Shown in pieces: positions 38,599 through 47,969 of a stretch of DNA of 64,000 bases (positions are counted from its first letter, which is position 1; each line of letters opens with the position of its first letter). The notes beneath the pieces were generated by a model. That model ran no database searches. It had not been told where the DNA came from and was given only the letters and a program-made list of their open reading frames with translations. The stretch is taken from assembly GCA_013343275.1 (NCBI GenBank), contig CP046106.1, positions 320,001 to 384,000 on the forward strand, read 5' to 3'. The DNA is from Candidatus Nanohaloarchaea archaeon. GTDB lineage: Archaea > Nanohalarchaeota > Nanosalinia > Nanosalinales > Nanosalinaceae. Position numbers and translations under genes: made by a program.

Positions 38599-38731
38599 TT
38601 CAAGAAACAAGTTATCTTCAATTTTTAAGACTCTACTTATTCTGGAAAAGGCAATCTAATTAACTGCCTGATAATAGCAACGCCTTGAAAGGTTCGAATA
38701 GATTAAATAATATTCGCTGTATTCTTTTACA

Positions 38732-38824
38732 GTGTTTAGTGAATGCTGTGCAGATGGATGCAGTAGAAAAACTATGTTAGGCCTCTGCAATAAATGTGCA
38801 AAGCAGAGAGTTATAGAGGGTTAA
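38732..38824 (+). CDS. Putative 30-aa Cys-rich microprotein
   Basis: GTG start, MFSECCADGCSRKTMLGLCNKCAKQRVIEG*; TATA-like TTAAATA about 25 nt upstream. Confidence 0.4.
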   Translation: MFSECCADGCSRKTMLGLCNKCAKQRVIEG

Positions 38825-38843
38825 TTAAACATCTATAAAGAGT

Positions 38844-38951
38844 TCAGGGATCGCTACAGTCACGTATCATGCCGCAGTTCGGGCATTTAAGCTCGCAGGC
38901 CACATATTTGAACATTTCTGTGCCGCAGTTCCAGCAAGTTTTATCTACCAT
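38844..38951 (-). CDS. 35-aa CPxCG-type zinc-finger microprotein
   Basis: MVDKTCWNCGTEMFKYVACELKCPNCGMIRDCSDP*; 11 bp downstream of uppS. Confidence 0.75.
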   Translation of the reverse strand: MVDKTCWNCGTEMFKYVACELKCPNCGMIRDCSDP

Positions 38952-38962
38952 CTACCTTGTTT

Positions 38963-39628
38963 TTACCTTCCCTTCTTTCTTCTAAGTTTCTGGTAGTGCT
39001 CCAATGCCTCTTTTACATCCTCCAGCTCTACAGCAGGGAAGTTCTTCTTGATGTGGTAGAACTCGGAGTAGCTTGCGTTCCATATCGGAAAGCCTGATAG
39101 ACACTCACGCTCTGGATTGTCTCCTGTACGGATAACGAAGTCTATAGACGAATCAAGTTCAAGCGATGAAGCCATGTTTTCCTCGGTAAAGCCGTCTTCT
39201 TCCTCAGCTATACTTTCTGAGGCCTGTAGAATATCGGATTTGCCATCGTAGGAGATCAGTGCGTTGATCTGTTTCTTCCCCTCGCTGAACTGTTCCTCGA
39301 GGTCTGACAGCTTCTGCTGCAGATGATCCGGTAAGGCATCTGGCATGGTTGTAGCCCAGTTAAATCGGAAGCCTCTGTCCCCAAACTCTTCAGCTACCTC
39401 CGATATTGTGGATTCAAGTAGCTTGAATAGGTCTTCGAGTTCTTCATCGTCTCTTTTCAGGTTCTCCTCGGAGAGAAGGTAGAAGCTTACTTCTTCGACA
39501 TCTTCATCTTTCAGGTTGCGGCCTATCTGCTTAATTACATTTTTAGCTTCTCTGTAGGCCTCGGCGTTTTCAATGCCTTCGTTGTCTGCGTATCTGCGGT
39601 TTCCGTCAGGTATTACTCCCAGATGCAT
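38963..39628 (-). CDS. uppS: cis-prenyltransferase (polyprenyl diphosphate synthase)
   Basis: HLGVIPDGNRRYA, LSEENLKR, IRTG..LSGF.IW.ASYSE. Confidence 0.92.
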   Translation of the reverse strand: MHLGVIPDGNRRYADNEGIENAEAYREAKNVIKQIGRNLKDEDVEEVSFYLLSEENLKRDDEELEDLFKLLESTISEVAEEFGDRGFRFNWATTMPDALPDHLQQKLSDLEEQFSEGKKQINALISYDGKSDILQASESIAEEEDGFTEENMASSLELDSSIDFVIRTGDNPERECLSGFPIWNASYSEFYHIKKNFPAVELEDVKEALEHYQKLRRKKGR

Positions 39629-39689
39629 TATATCTTCTACCTATCTGAAATCAGATTATTAGACTTTTAAATTAAGTCAATCCTCTCCA

Positions 39690-40895
39690 TTACTCGTACC
39701 TCAGTGCCTCGGCTGGCTCAAGTGCTGCGGCCCTCTTGGCAGGTAGCACTCCTGAAACAATCCCTAGTATAGTGGAGAACAGGAGCGAACCTATCAGAAG
39801 TTTAGGACCGAGGTAGGGGGAGATATTCAGGGAGGCGGCCTGGGAGACTCCGTAAGCTCCGATCCATGATAGTGCTGATCCGAACAACAGCCCGAGTAGT
39901 CCTCCTAGAAAACCTATCGCTGCGGATTCAAGCAGGAATATAAACATTATCTGCTGTGTCTGAGCTCCGATAGCCCTCATTACCCCTATCTCTCTTGTTC
40001 GCTGTGATACAGAGGTATACATAGTGTTCATTATTCCTACTGCACCTACAAACAACGATATAGAGGCAATCCCTACTACTACTCCACTCACTACACTAAG
40101 GATACTGTTAAAGGATTCGAGTAGATCTTCCTGCGTGGAGACTGTGAAGTCCTCACTACCTTTCTTCACGTTCCTTTCGTTCCTCAAAGCTGTATTAACG
40201 TCTTCCTCAGCTTCCTTAACTTCAGTTCCTTCCTCTACAGAGGCAAATATCCAGTCATAGCCTTCATTCCTATCCATGGCTTCCCGGGCAGAATCAAGAG
40301 TTAGTATCACCGCAGTGTCTATAGAGGGATCGCCCGTCGGGGCCAGAACACCTACTATCCTGTACTCCTGACCGTTGACCTCCAGTTTTGATCTGATACC
40401 AGGTTCCTCGCTAAAGACTCTGTTAGCTATCCTGCTGCCGACCACAATGTTGTAGCGGTCGTTTTCTCTCACCATTCTTCCGGACTCTATCTCCATCGCC
40501 CAGCTCTCAAGCACCAGTTGCTGTTCATGGCCAGCAGGTATCCCTATGACAGGAAGGTATCTCAGCTGGTCATTATAGCTAACTCCTGTGCTCATGAATA
40601 TAGCACCTCCTGCACTCTCCACAGATTTAACAGATCTCACTGCAGCCAGATCGCTCTGATCTAGAGTAGCTGAGCCCGCAGTCTGGCTCTGGAACTGATT
40701 GCCTCCAGGATTGATAAACAGCTTGTTTCCTCCGATTGACTCGAACTCCTGCTGTATCGAAGTCTGCAAACCCTGTCCTAGAGATACCAGAGATACTACA
40801 GCAGCTATCCCGATAAATATTCCGATAACTGTCAGGCCTGTCCTGCGCTTTCTGCGCATAATATTCCGGAAGCTCATCTTGACGTACTCTATCAT
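39690..40895 (-). CDS. MacB/FtsX-family ABC permease
   Basis: LTVIGIFIG, GIMNTMYTSV.QRTREIGV, PAKRAA.LEP.EALRYE. Confidence 0.93.
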   Translation of the reverse strand: MIEYVKMSFRNIMRRKRRTGLTVIGIFIGIAAVVSLVSLGQGLQTSIQQEFESIGGNKLFINPGGNQFQSQTAGSATLDQSDLAAVRSVKSVESAGGAIFMSTGVSYNDQLRYLPVIGIPAGHEQQLVLESWAMEIESGRMVRENDRYNIVVGSRIANRVFSEEPGIRSKLEVNGQEYRIVGVLAPTGDPSIDTAVILTLDSAREAMDRNEGYDWIFASVEEGTEVKEAEEDVNTALRNERNVKKGSEDFTVSTQEDLLESFNSILSVVSGVVVGIASISLFVGAVGIMNTMYTSVSQRTREIGVMRAIGAQTQQIMFIFLLESAAIGFLGGLLGLLFGSALSWIGAYGVSQAASLNISPYLGPKLLIGSLLFSTILGIVSGVLPAKRAAALEPAEALRYE

Positions 40896-42097
40896 TTGTC
40901 GTACCTCAGGGCATCTACTGGATTCATTTTAGCTGCTTTTCTGGCAGGGAGGAAACCTGATAAAGTCCCTATAACAAAAGCAAAGGCCATAGCGCCCAGT
41001 ATCATCTGTGGGCTTGCTCCTGGAGTCATCTCCAGGCCTACCTGCTGGGAGATTATTTCGCTGGCGGCAAAACTTATTCCGAGACCTGCGACCACACCGA
41101 AAAACCCTCCTACAAGCCCGATAATACCGGATTCTATGAGAAATATTCGAAGTATCTGCCAGTTAGTAGCTCCTACTGCCTTCATTACCCCTACCTCCTG
41201 TGTTCTCTCAGTTACGGAGGTGTACATCGTATTCATTATTCCAACCCCTCCTACCAGAAGGGAGATTGCGCCCAGGCCTACAAGAAATCCTCTTATTAGA
41301 GCTAGCTGGCTCTGGAACGAACTTATTATATCAGCAGCAGTTCGGGTAGTGAAGTCTTCCTCACCTTTTCTCAGGCCTCTGTTCTGGCGGAGCGAGGCCC
41401 TTATGTTCTCTTCAACTTCAGCAGGTTGATATCCGGGATCTACTCTTGCAATTATCTGGTCATAGGTATCTTCCTTATCGAGTACTTTCCGAGCAGTTTC
41501 CATCTGCATGATTATACCGGAGCTGGCAGTCCCCGAGGTCTCAACTATCCCTACTACCCTGTAGTCAGTGCCGTTTATCGAGAGTTTGGATCTGAGATGA
41601 AGTTCGTCCTCAAAACGGTTCTCTGTAGCGGACTGGCTGACAAGTATGCTGTATCTGTCGTTGTCACGGAGATATCTTCCTTCAACTACTTCAAGACCTG
41701 AGGCCTCTTTTGCAAGTCCAGCACTGGTTCCTGTAGGCAGACCTGTTACCGAGAAATAACTTGACTCATCTCCGTAGCTGGCTATGATTGAGGACGAGAC
41801 AAGGCCTACTGCTTCATCCACCCCTCGAGTATTTTCTATGGTTCGGAGACTTTCATCTGTAAGCTTGGCTGTGCTCGAGGTAAATCTTGAGGATAGGCTG
41901 TTGCCGCCTGGCGAGATGAAAACCTTGTTACCTCCTAGCTCCTGTAGTTCCCCCTGCACCGAGTTTTCCAGGCCCTGCCCTATTGATAGCAGCGAAACTA
42001 TGGCCAGAATGCCTACCATTGTGCCGATAATGGTGAGCCAGGAACGTTTCTTTCGGTGGCTTATGTTCCTGACTGCAAGCCGGAAGTAATCGAACAT
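40892..42097 (-). CDS. MacB/FtsX-family ABC permease (paralog)
   Basis: GGVGIMNTMYTSVTERT.EVGVMKAVGA, NPVDALRY. Confidence 0.93.
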   Translation of the reverse strand: MFDYFRLAVRNISHRKKRSWLTIIGTMVGILAIVSLLSIGQGLENSVQGELQELGGNKVFISPGGNSLSSRFTSSTAKLTDESLRTIENTRGVDEAVGLVSSSIIASYGDESSYFSVTGLPTGTSAGLAKEASGLEVVEGRYLRDNDRYSILVSQSATENRFEDELHLRSKLSINGTDYRVVGIVETSGTASSGIIMQMETARKVLDKEDTYDQIIARVDPGYQPAEVEENIRASLRQNRGLRKGEEDFTTRTAADIISSFQSQLALIRGFLVGLGAISLLVGGVGIMNTMYTSVTERTQEVGVMKAVGATNWQILRIFLIESGIIGLVGGFFGVVAGLGISFAASEIISQQVGLEMTPGASPQMILGAMAFAFVIGTLSGFLPARKAAKMNPVDALRYDK

Positions 42098-42104
42098 AGA
42101 TCAG

Positions 42105-43298
42105 CTACCTTCTCTTTCTCCAGTAGTAGATAGCTCCTGCGGCCAGCACAACGACGACAATCAGAGGTATTACCGGGCTTCCTGATTTTGTGCCGTACTT
42201 CTTTTTCTCCTCTGCAGTTAGTGCATCAACTGCTACATCCGTAGTGAACGATTTCTCCTCTCCGTTCTCCTGATAGGTAACCTTCACTGGAACCTGAAGA
42301 GAGTCAGCACCAGCAGCCGCATAGACTTCGGCTTCCGCCGTCTGATAGTCATCAGGGTTCATATCTCCCAGGTAGACGCTGCTTCCAGATCTTATACTGT
42401 AGTTCTGGCCGTCAAGAACCTCTACCTTGACGAATTTAGCGGTTCCCTCTCCACGGTTGATGAACCGGAATGTTACTGTGCCAGTACTGCCAGAATCGAT
42501 TGCTCCGTCTTCATTCAGTCCAATCTCCAACTGAGGCTTACCTCCGACCACTATACCCGTGGTCTCAGATTTCGATAGGGAAGCACCGGCCTCGTTCTCA
42601 TATTTAAGAGAGATAGGTATGCTGTAGACTCCGTTCTCGGCGCTTTCATCTATATGGAGCGTGTATGAAACCGTTCGTGTTTCCCCTGGTGCAATACTAC
42701 CTATTCTCTTTCCTGAAGTTCCTGATACCACTGCAGGGGTACTAGTTCCCGGGTTAAGCGAGATCTCTACATTCCGGAAGTACGCTCTTGCGGTATTCTT
42801 TATAGTTAAGTTCATGGTGCGTGATGTTCCTGCTGCTACCTTCTCAGGGAAAGAGACATCGCCTATAACAAGGCCATCGTCGTCAGCCTTTACCTGTACT
42901 GGTATCTTGTAGTTTCTGCCAGTATATTTGGTTGATACCTTGAATTCGAGAGTTTCCTCTCCCTGGAGCGCATTTGAATCTACTCTTATCTGCATCCTGA
43001 ACTCATAGCTGTCTCCCGATTCAAGGCTAGCTATACGCCACCTTTTCTCATTGTCAGGATCTACCGAGAAAGGATAATTCTCCTTGAAAGTAACCGTAAC
43101 ATTACTGTAATCCTCCGACCTTAGATTCGATACCTTAAACCTTACATCAGCATACTGCCCTATCTTCAGAGGCGAGGGCTCCGTGGACATAACCTGTAGA
43201 GAAATCTCTCCAGGCATTGAGACATTTTGCTGTGCTGACACAGGTCCTGAAAACAGGACTGCAAGCGCAATCGTAAATACTAGTGCTAGTCGTTTCAT
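42105..43298 (-). CDS. COG1361-like S-layer-domain exported protein
   Basis: Signal peptide, Ig-like repeats, C-terminal TM plus basic tail; lies within the ABC operon. Confidence 0.85.
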   Translation of the reverse strand: MKRLALVFTIALAVLFSGPVSAQQNVSMPGEISLQVMSTEPSPLKIGQYADVRFKVSNLRSEDYSNVTVTFKENYPFSVDPDNEKRWRIASLESGDSYEFRMQIRVDSNALQGEETLEFKVSTKYTGRNYKIPVQVKADDDGLVIGDVSFPEKVAAGTSRTMNLTIKNTARAYFRNVEISLNPGTSTPAVVSGTSGKRIGSIAPGETRTVSYTLHIDESAENGVYSIPISLKYENEAGASLSKSETTGIVVGGKPQLEIGLNEDGAIDSGSTGTVTFRFINRGEGTAKFVKVEVLDGQNYSIRSGSSVYLGDMNPDDYQTAEAEVYAAAGADSLQVPVKVTYQENGEEKSFTTDVAVDALTAEEKKKYGTKSGSPVIPLIVVVVLAAGAIYYWRKRR

Positions 43299-43307
43299 AG
43301 TATTGAT

Positions 43308-44027
43308 TTAATCATCTTGAATTCTCGAGGTGTACTCGTAGTTGTCTTCCTTCTCTTTTTTCGTAGTTACACCATCCGTTATATCTACTATATACTCTGC
43401 GTACTGTGCATCGTGCGGATCATGTGTCACCATGATAATAGTCTTTCCTTCTTCCTCATTAAGCTCCTTTAACAGCTCCATTACCTTGTCCCCAGTCTCT
43501 GTATCCAGATTTCCTGTAGGCTCGTCCGCCAGGATAATCTCGGGATCATTTACCAGAGCCCGTGCGATTGAAACTCGCTGTTGCTGACCTCCCGAAAGCT
43601 CAGAAGGCATGTGATCCAGTCTGTTACCTAGGCCCATACGTTCCAGCAGTTCCTTACTTCTCTCCATTCTCTCCTTCCGGGACGAACCTCTGAAGAGCAT
43701 AGGTAGAGCCACATTCTCCTGGGCCGTCATAGAGGAGATCAGGTTGAACTTCTGAAAGACAAAACCTACCTTCTCACTTCTTAACCGGGCTAACTCGTTC
43801 TCACTTAATTCAGAGAGATCGTTGTCATCCAGCGTTACTTTTCCTTTTGTAGGTACATCGAGAGCTCCAATCATATTCATCAAGGTAGATTTTCCTGATC
43901 CTGAAGGACCCATGATGGCCACGAAATCTCCCTGATTTATTTCCAGATCAGAACCTCTCAAGGCCTTTACAGTATTCTCTCCCATCTGGTACTCTTTAAC
44001 TACGTCTTCTAGATCAATCAAAGCCAT
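43308..44027 (-). CDS. ABC transporter ATPase (LolD/MacB type)
   Basis: [29 protein letters not shown]. Confidence 0.96.
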   Translation of the reverse strand: MALIDLEDVVKEYQMGENTVKALRGSDLEINQGDFVAIMGPSGSGKSTLMNMIGALDVPTKGKVTLDDNDLSELSENELARLRSEKVGFVFQKFNLISSMTAQENVALPMLFRGSSRKERMERSKELLERMGLGNRLDHMPSELSGGQQQRVSIARALVNDPEIILADEPTGNLDTETGDKVMELLKELNEEEGKTIIMVTHDPHDAQYAEYIVDITDGVTTKKEKEDNYEYTSRIQDD

Positions 44028-44069
44028 CTGTTAGATACAGTTATCAGGATTCTTTATCAAGTCTTGGGA

Positions 44070-44091
44070 AAATTCGGTTTCCATCGAATTT
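44070..44091. promoter_or_regulatory. Candidate operator for the GbsR-like regulator
   Basis: AAATTCG-N8-CGAATTT inverted repeat between the divergent ABC operon and the regulator. Confidence 0.55.
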
Positions 44092-44128
44092 ATTCATTTT
44101 TTATTTCTGCCTCTCCAACCATAAAATA

Positions 44129-44659
44129 ATGGCCAGCGATCAGGATGCAGCAGAGACAGTTATAGAAGCGATGGAAGATGTTGCCGAGGTGTACGGTTTC
44201 AGGAAAAGCTACGCCAGAGTCTACGGCACACTCTATTTCCAGACCGATGCCCAGACCATGGACGAGCTAAGCGATAAGACGGGTTTTGCCAAGTCAACAG
44301 TTTCCGATGCTCTGCAGAAGCTGGAGGAGCTGCATATGGTCTACAGCGAGAAGAGAGAAGGTCATGGGAAGACCAAGTTCTACCAGGCTGAAGAAGACCT
44401 GGAGAAGGCCATGAAGAAGATAATAGATAATCAGGCTACGGACGAGATCCAGATAATGCTCGACGCCCTGGAAGAGGCGAAAGAACAGGCCGATGAAGGA
44501 AGTACGGAAGAGGAGAAGATAGAGAATCTGCAGGATTTCTACCAGAAGTCAAGAAAGATTATCGGGCTTTTCAAGAAAATGCCGAGTGGCAAAGTGCTCT
44601 CACGGATCTCAGAGTCTTTAAAGACCAGCCTGTCAAGAGTCAGCGGAAAAGACTCCTGA
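44129..44659 (+). CDS. GbsR/MarR-family transcriptional regulator
   Basis: AEVYG..KSYARVYG.LYF, TMDEL..KTGFAKSTVS. Confidence 0.9.
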   Translation: MASDQDAAETVIEAMEDVAEVYGFRKSYARVYGTLYFQTDAQTMDELSDKTGFAKSTVSDALQKLEELHMVYSEKREGHGKTKFYQAEEDLEKAMKKIIDNQATDEIQIMLDALEEAKEQADEGSTEEEKIENLQDFYQKSRKIIGLFKKMPSGKVLSRISESLKTSLSRVSGKDS

Positions 44660-45707
44660 ACTGATCAAAAGAAAGTAGAGTAGAAGGCCTATCCATATGA
44701 ACACCTATTTCTCCCTCAAAAATCTTTAAACCTGATCTCTGGATTAATTCGGGCCACGAGTAGGCTTTCTCGAAAATCTTACCTGCCCGGATTTCGTTCA
44801 GAAGTTCCGACCGCCAGGCCTTCTCGTAGTCATCAAGAGTATCAGGATCCTCAACATCTATGGATTCCGCAGCTTTTTCTACTGCTCTCATTCCGTAAAG
44901 TATCCCTCCCCCGGTGAATGGCTTGGTCTGGGCTGCTGCATCACCTACAAGGAATACTCTTTCAGAAGTAACCGTTTGTGCAGGCCCTACAGGTATAGCT
45001 CCCGCACAGATATTCCTCTGCTCTTCCTGATCGATGAAGCCATCTGTTATCTTATTCAGCCATTTCTGAGGGTTCTCACCTTTCGGTACTGCGGCGCCGT
45101 ACTCTACAGAGTCTCCTCTGGGGATTCTCCAGCCGAAAAACTCTGGAACTTCAAGAAAAACATCCACAAAGTCCGAAGGATCGTTCTCATCCGAGAAACA
45201 GAGGATTCCCTGATAGAAATGGTCCGGTTCTGGAAGACCGATCTGATCTCTGACGGTAGATGAGGCACCATCACATCCTGCAACCATAGAGGCCCGGTAT
45301 TCCCCTCTGTCAGTAAGTACCTTAACCCCGTCTTTATTCTCCTCTACTTTTTCAACTGTCTCTCCAAGCCTGTATTCTGCTCCTGCATCCTTAGCCTCCT
45401 CTGCCTTCAGTTTATCTAGCTCCACACGGTCTATAACATAGGAAACTGTCTCATTCTTGTAGAAACTGTATTCTGCATCGGACTCGGTGTGGAAGTTTGC
45501 TCCTGTGATCTCATTCTGGTAAAGCCTGTCACGAGCTTCCTCTGGTACGAAATCCCAGATATCGGGCGAAACATGACCTGAACAGGCAAGAGGCTTACCT
45601 ATCTCATCTGAACGCTCTATTAGAAGTACTTCAAGGCCTTTCTCCTGCATTTTCTGTGCGAGGTGCGATCCTACAGGACCTGCACCTACAATGATTAAGT
45701 CTCTCAA
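44640..45707 (-). CDS. Geranylgeranyl reductase-family flavoprotein
   Basis: VGAGPVG, LACSG, DR..LD, GCDG, VGDAAAQTKPFTGGGI; TTG start. Confidence 0.88.
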   Translation of the reverse strand: MRDLIIVGAGPVGSHLAQKMQEKGLEVLLIERSDEIGKPLACSGHVSPDIWDFVPEEARDRLYQNEITGANFHTESDAEYSFYKNETVSYVIDRVELDKLKAEEAKDAGAEYRLGETVEKVEENKDGVKVLTDRGEYRASMVAGCDGASSTVRDQIGLPEPDHFYQGILCFSDENDPSDFVDVFLEVPEFFGWRIPRGDSVEYGAAVPKGENPQKWLNKITDGFIDQEEQRNICAGAIPVGPAQTVTSERVFLVGDAAAQTKPFTGGGILYGMRAVEKAAESIDVEDPDTLDDYEKAWRSELLNEIRAGKIFEKAYSWPELIQRSGLKIFEGEIGVHMDRPSTLLSFDQFRSLFR

Positions 45708-45760
45708 CCGAAAATCGCCTGGATTTTCTGTGAAATCTTAAAATCAGAGATTTTATTCAT
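45704..45760 (-). other. 18-codon bridging mini-ORF (MNKISDFKISQKIQAIFG) containing two hairpins
   Basis: ATG overlaps the ferredoxin TAA; TGA overlaps the reductase TTG; hairpins TAAAATC-TCT-GATTTTA and GAAAATC-CAGGC-GATTTTC. Confidence 0.55.
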
Positions 45761-46065
45761 TAGTACCAGTCGGGTTCGGAGATTTTGATGTCGCCGTAGA
45801 CTTCTGTCTGGCAGCTCAGACGGAACGGGCCATCCAGTACTTCTTCTCCCTGGAATCTTCGAAGAGTATTTTTCTCGTCCTGCTGTTGTTCGGAGAGGTT
45901 TTCCATTCCTTCTTCGACTTTTACCCGACAGGTTGTGCAGTTGCAGAATCCTCCACATGCGTGCATCCATTCGACCCCTCCGTGAAGAAGTGCCTGTAGT
46001 ATTGACTGGCCGTCCTCTGCCTCTACCTCTTCGTCCCTGTCGGTGAACTCTATTTTGTGTGTCAT
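45760..46065 (-). CDS. fdx: 2Fe-2S ferredoxin (adrenodoxin/ISC type)
   Basis: HACGGFCNCTTC...RLSCQ. Confidence 0.92.
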   Translation of the reverse strand: MTHKIEFTDRDEEVEAEDGQSILQALLHGGVEWMHACGGFCNCTTCRVKVEEGMENLSEQQQDEKNTLRRFQGEEVLDGPFRLSCQTEVYGDIKISEPDWY

Positions 46066-46137
46066 AATTGTTGAGGTCTGTCCAAGTTACAAATAGGTTT
46101 GGAAGAGTTTAAGTTCGAGAGAACTCTTTTTCTCTAC

Positions 46138-47532
46138 ATGAGCGATCTCGGATTTAGAGAATCTCTTGCTATGGGCGTCGGCGGTATTATTGGAGGAGGT
46201 ATTTTCGCTGCTTTAGGTGTTGCCGCAGCAATCGCAGGTAACGCAGCCCCGCTCTCCTATCTACTAGCTGGTATAGTTGCGCTTGCATCTGCCTACTCGT
46301 ACGTAAAAATGACTGCTCACTTCGAAGACGAAGGAGGATCGTTCACATTCCTTGAACATTACGTAGATAATGAGAACATTGCAGGAATAGTTGGATGGAT
46401 ACTCGTAGTTGGATACATCGGTACAATGGCGATGTATGCCTATGCATTCGGTTCTTTCGCCGCCAATATTTTCCCGATGAGTTTCTCGCTACTCCGGCCT
46501 GTTCTATCAGTTGCAATAGTCGCAATCTTTGTACTGGTTAACTTTTCAGGTACTTCCAGTGCTGGAGAATCCGAGGATCTGCTGGTCTACGTCAAGGTCC
46601 TTATACTAGGCCTCTTCTCAGTTTCCGGCATTTACATGATATTTCAGCAGCCTGAGAGAGCATTCTTCACAGGAGGGTTCCTGCAGCACGGTGTTCTATC
46701 GCCTATATTTGCTGTTGGCGCCATATTTGTCTCTTTCGAGGGTTTTCAGCTACTGACTTATGAATACTCGGAGATGAAGGACGGCATAGATACTCTGAAG
46801 AAAGCAGTCTACCTCTCCGTGATCACCTCTTCTGTAATCTATGTGCTGGTCGCTCTTGTCACCACGAACCTGATGACGGCTGAACAGATAGCAGTTCACA
46901 AGGAGACTGCTCTGGCATTTGCCTCATCACAAATCTTCCACAACCAGCTCTTTCAGGCCGCAAGCGTGTTTCTGGTGTCATTAGCCGCTCTTTTCTCAAC
47001 GGCATCAGCAATAAATGCAACCCTTTTCGGTACCTCCAGGCTCACGTATAGAATCGCCAGCGACAACGAAATGCCCGAACTTTTCTCCTTCCGCAACTCT
47101 CACGGAGTACCCACCCACAGTATTGCAGCAGTAGGAGGCCTCACAGCTCTCTTCACCTTTGCCGGTTCACTGGAAGAAGTTACAACCTTTGCATCAGTGG
47201 CCTTCATCTGCATATTCGGAATAGTCAATTTCATCTGCCTCAAAGACACAGAGGCCAGGGACAGGGCATGGATACCAGCTCTCGGCCTGTTCGGATCTAT
47301 CACCTCTCTCGGGCTTCTTGTGATGCATCTTTACCGGACCAACCATCACATGCTGTACTACATAGGAGGAATCTTCATAGCGATATTTATCGCCGAGTTC
47401 TTCTACTTTGAAAGAGAGGAAATTGAGGAAGAGGTCGAAGAGATAGAGGAGGAAGCTGAAAAAGAGGAAAGAGAACTGGAGAAAGAAGTAGAAAATATAG
47501 AGAGCAATCTGGAGGAAGAGTTTGAAAAATAA
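46138..47532 (+). CDS. APC-family amino acid permease
   Basis: GGIIGGGIFA, FVSFEGF, SAINATLF; acidic tail. Confidence 0.92.
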   Translation: MSDLGFRESLAMGVGGIIGGGIFAALGVAAAIAGNAAPLSYLLAGIVALASAYSYVKMTAHFEDEGGSFTFLEHYVDNENIAGIVGWILVVGYIGTMAMYAYAFGSFAANIFPMSFSLLRPVLSVAIVAIFVLVNFSGTSSAGESEDLLVYVKVLILGLFSVSGIYMIFQQPERAFFTGGFLQHGVLSPIFAVGAIFVSFEGFQLLTYEYSEMKDGIDTLKKAVYLSVITSSVIYVLVALVTTNLMTAEQIAVHKETALAFASSQIFHNQLFQAASVFLVSLAALFSTASAINATLFGTSRLTYRIASDNEMPELFSFRNSHGVPTHSIAAVGGLTALFTFAGSLEEVTTFASVAFICIFGIVNFICLKDTEARDRAWIPALGLFGSITSLGLLVMHLYRTNHHMLYYIGGIFIAIFIAEFFYFEREEIEEEVEEIEEEAEKEERELEKEVENIESNLEEEFEK

Positions 47533-47552
47533 TAAGAAAAAGGCGGCAAGGC

Positions 47553-47942
47553 CTATACTGTGCCGGAGAATGTTGCAGCGTAGAAAACTGCTGTCAGGAA
47601 GATAGCAGAGACTGCAGAGTAGTAATGAATTCTCCTGGCCATTTCTCTATCCTCATCAAGCTTCTCTTCCGGAACCTCTTCGGTCTCATCTTCTTCACCT
47701 TTGCTCCGGATGCCTTTAGTTGCAAATCCTGCGCAGAAACTGAATCTTCCCTGATAAAGGCCCTCGAATCCTGCGATTAACGCTGCAAGGACTCCTACAG
47801 TCATTAGTGGCTGGAGATCGAAGCTGTAGGTTGCAAGACTCATTATCCCTGCAGCTCCGAACCCTATTGCCGACATTAGATATCTTCTTCGCTGCTGGTA
47901 CCTGTTGATATTACAGGATCCAGCTTCGTACTCGTAGCTCAT
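47553..47942 (-). CDS. Hypothetical membrane protein
   Basis: YEAGSCNI...RRR, FSFCAGFA; 3 TM. Confidence 0.75.
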   Translation of the reverse strand: MSYEYEAGSCNINRYQQRRRYLMSAIGFGAAGIMSLATYSFDLQPLMTVGVLAALIAGFEGLYQGRFSFCAGFATKGIRSKGEEDETEEVPEEKLDEDREMARRIHYYSAVSAIFLTAVFYAATFSGTV

Positions 47943-47969
47943 AGAGAAGAATAAAGGAAAAGAGATATT

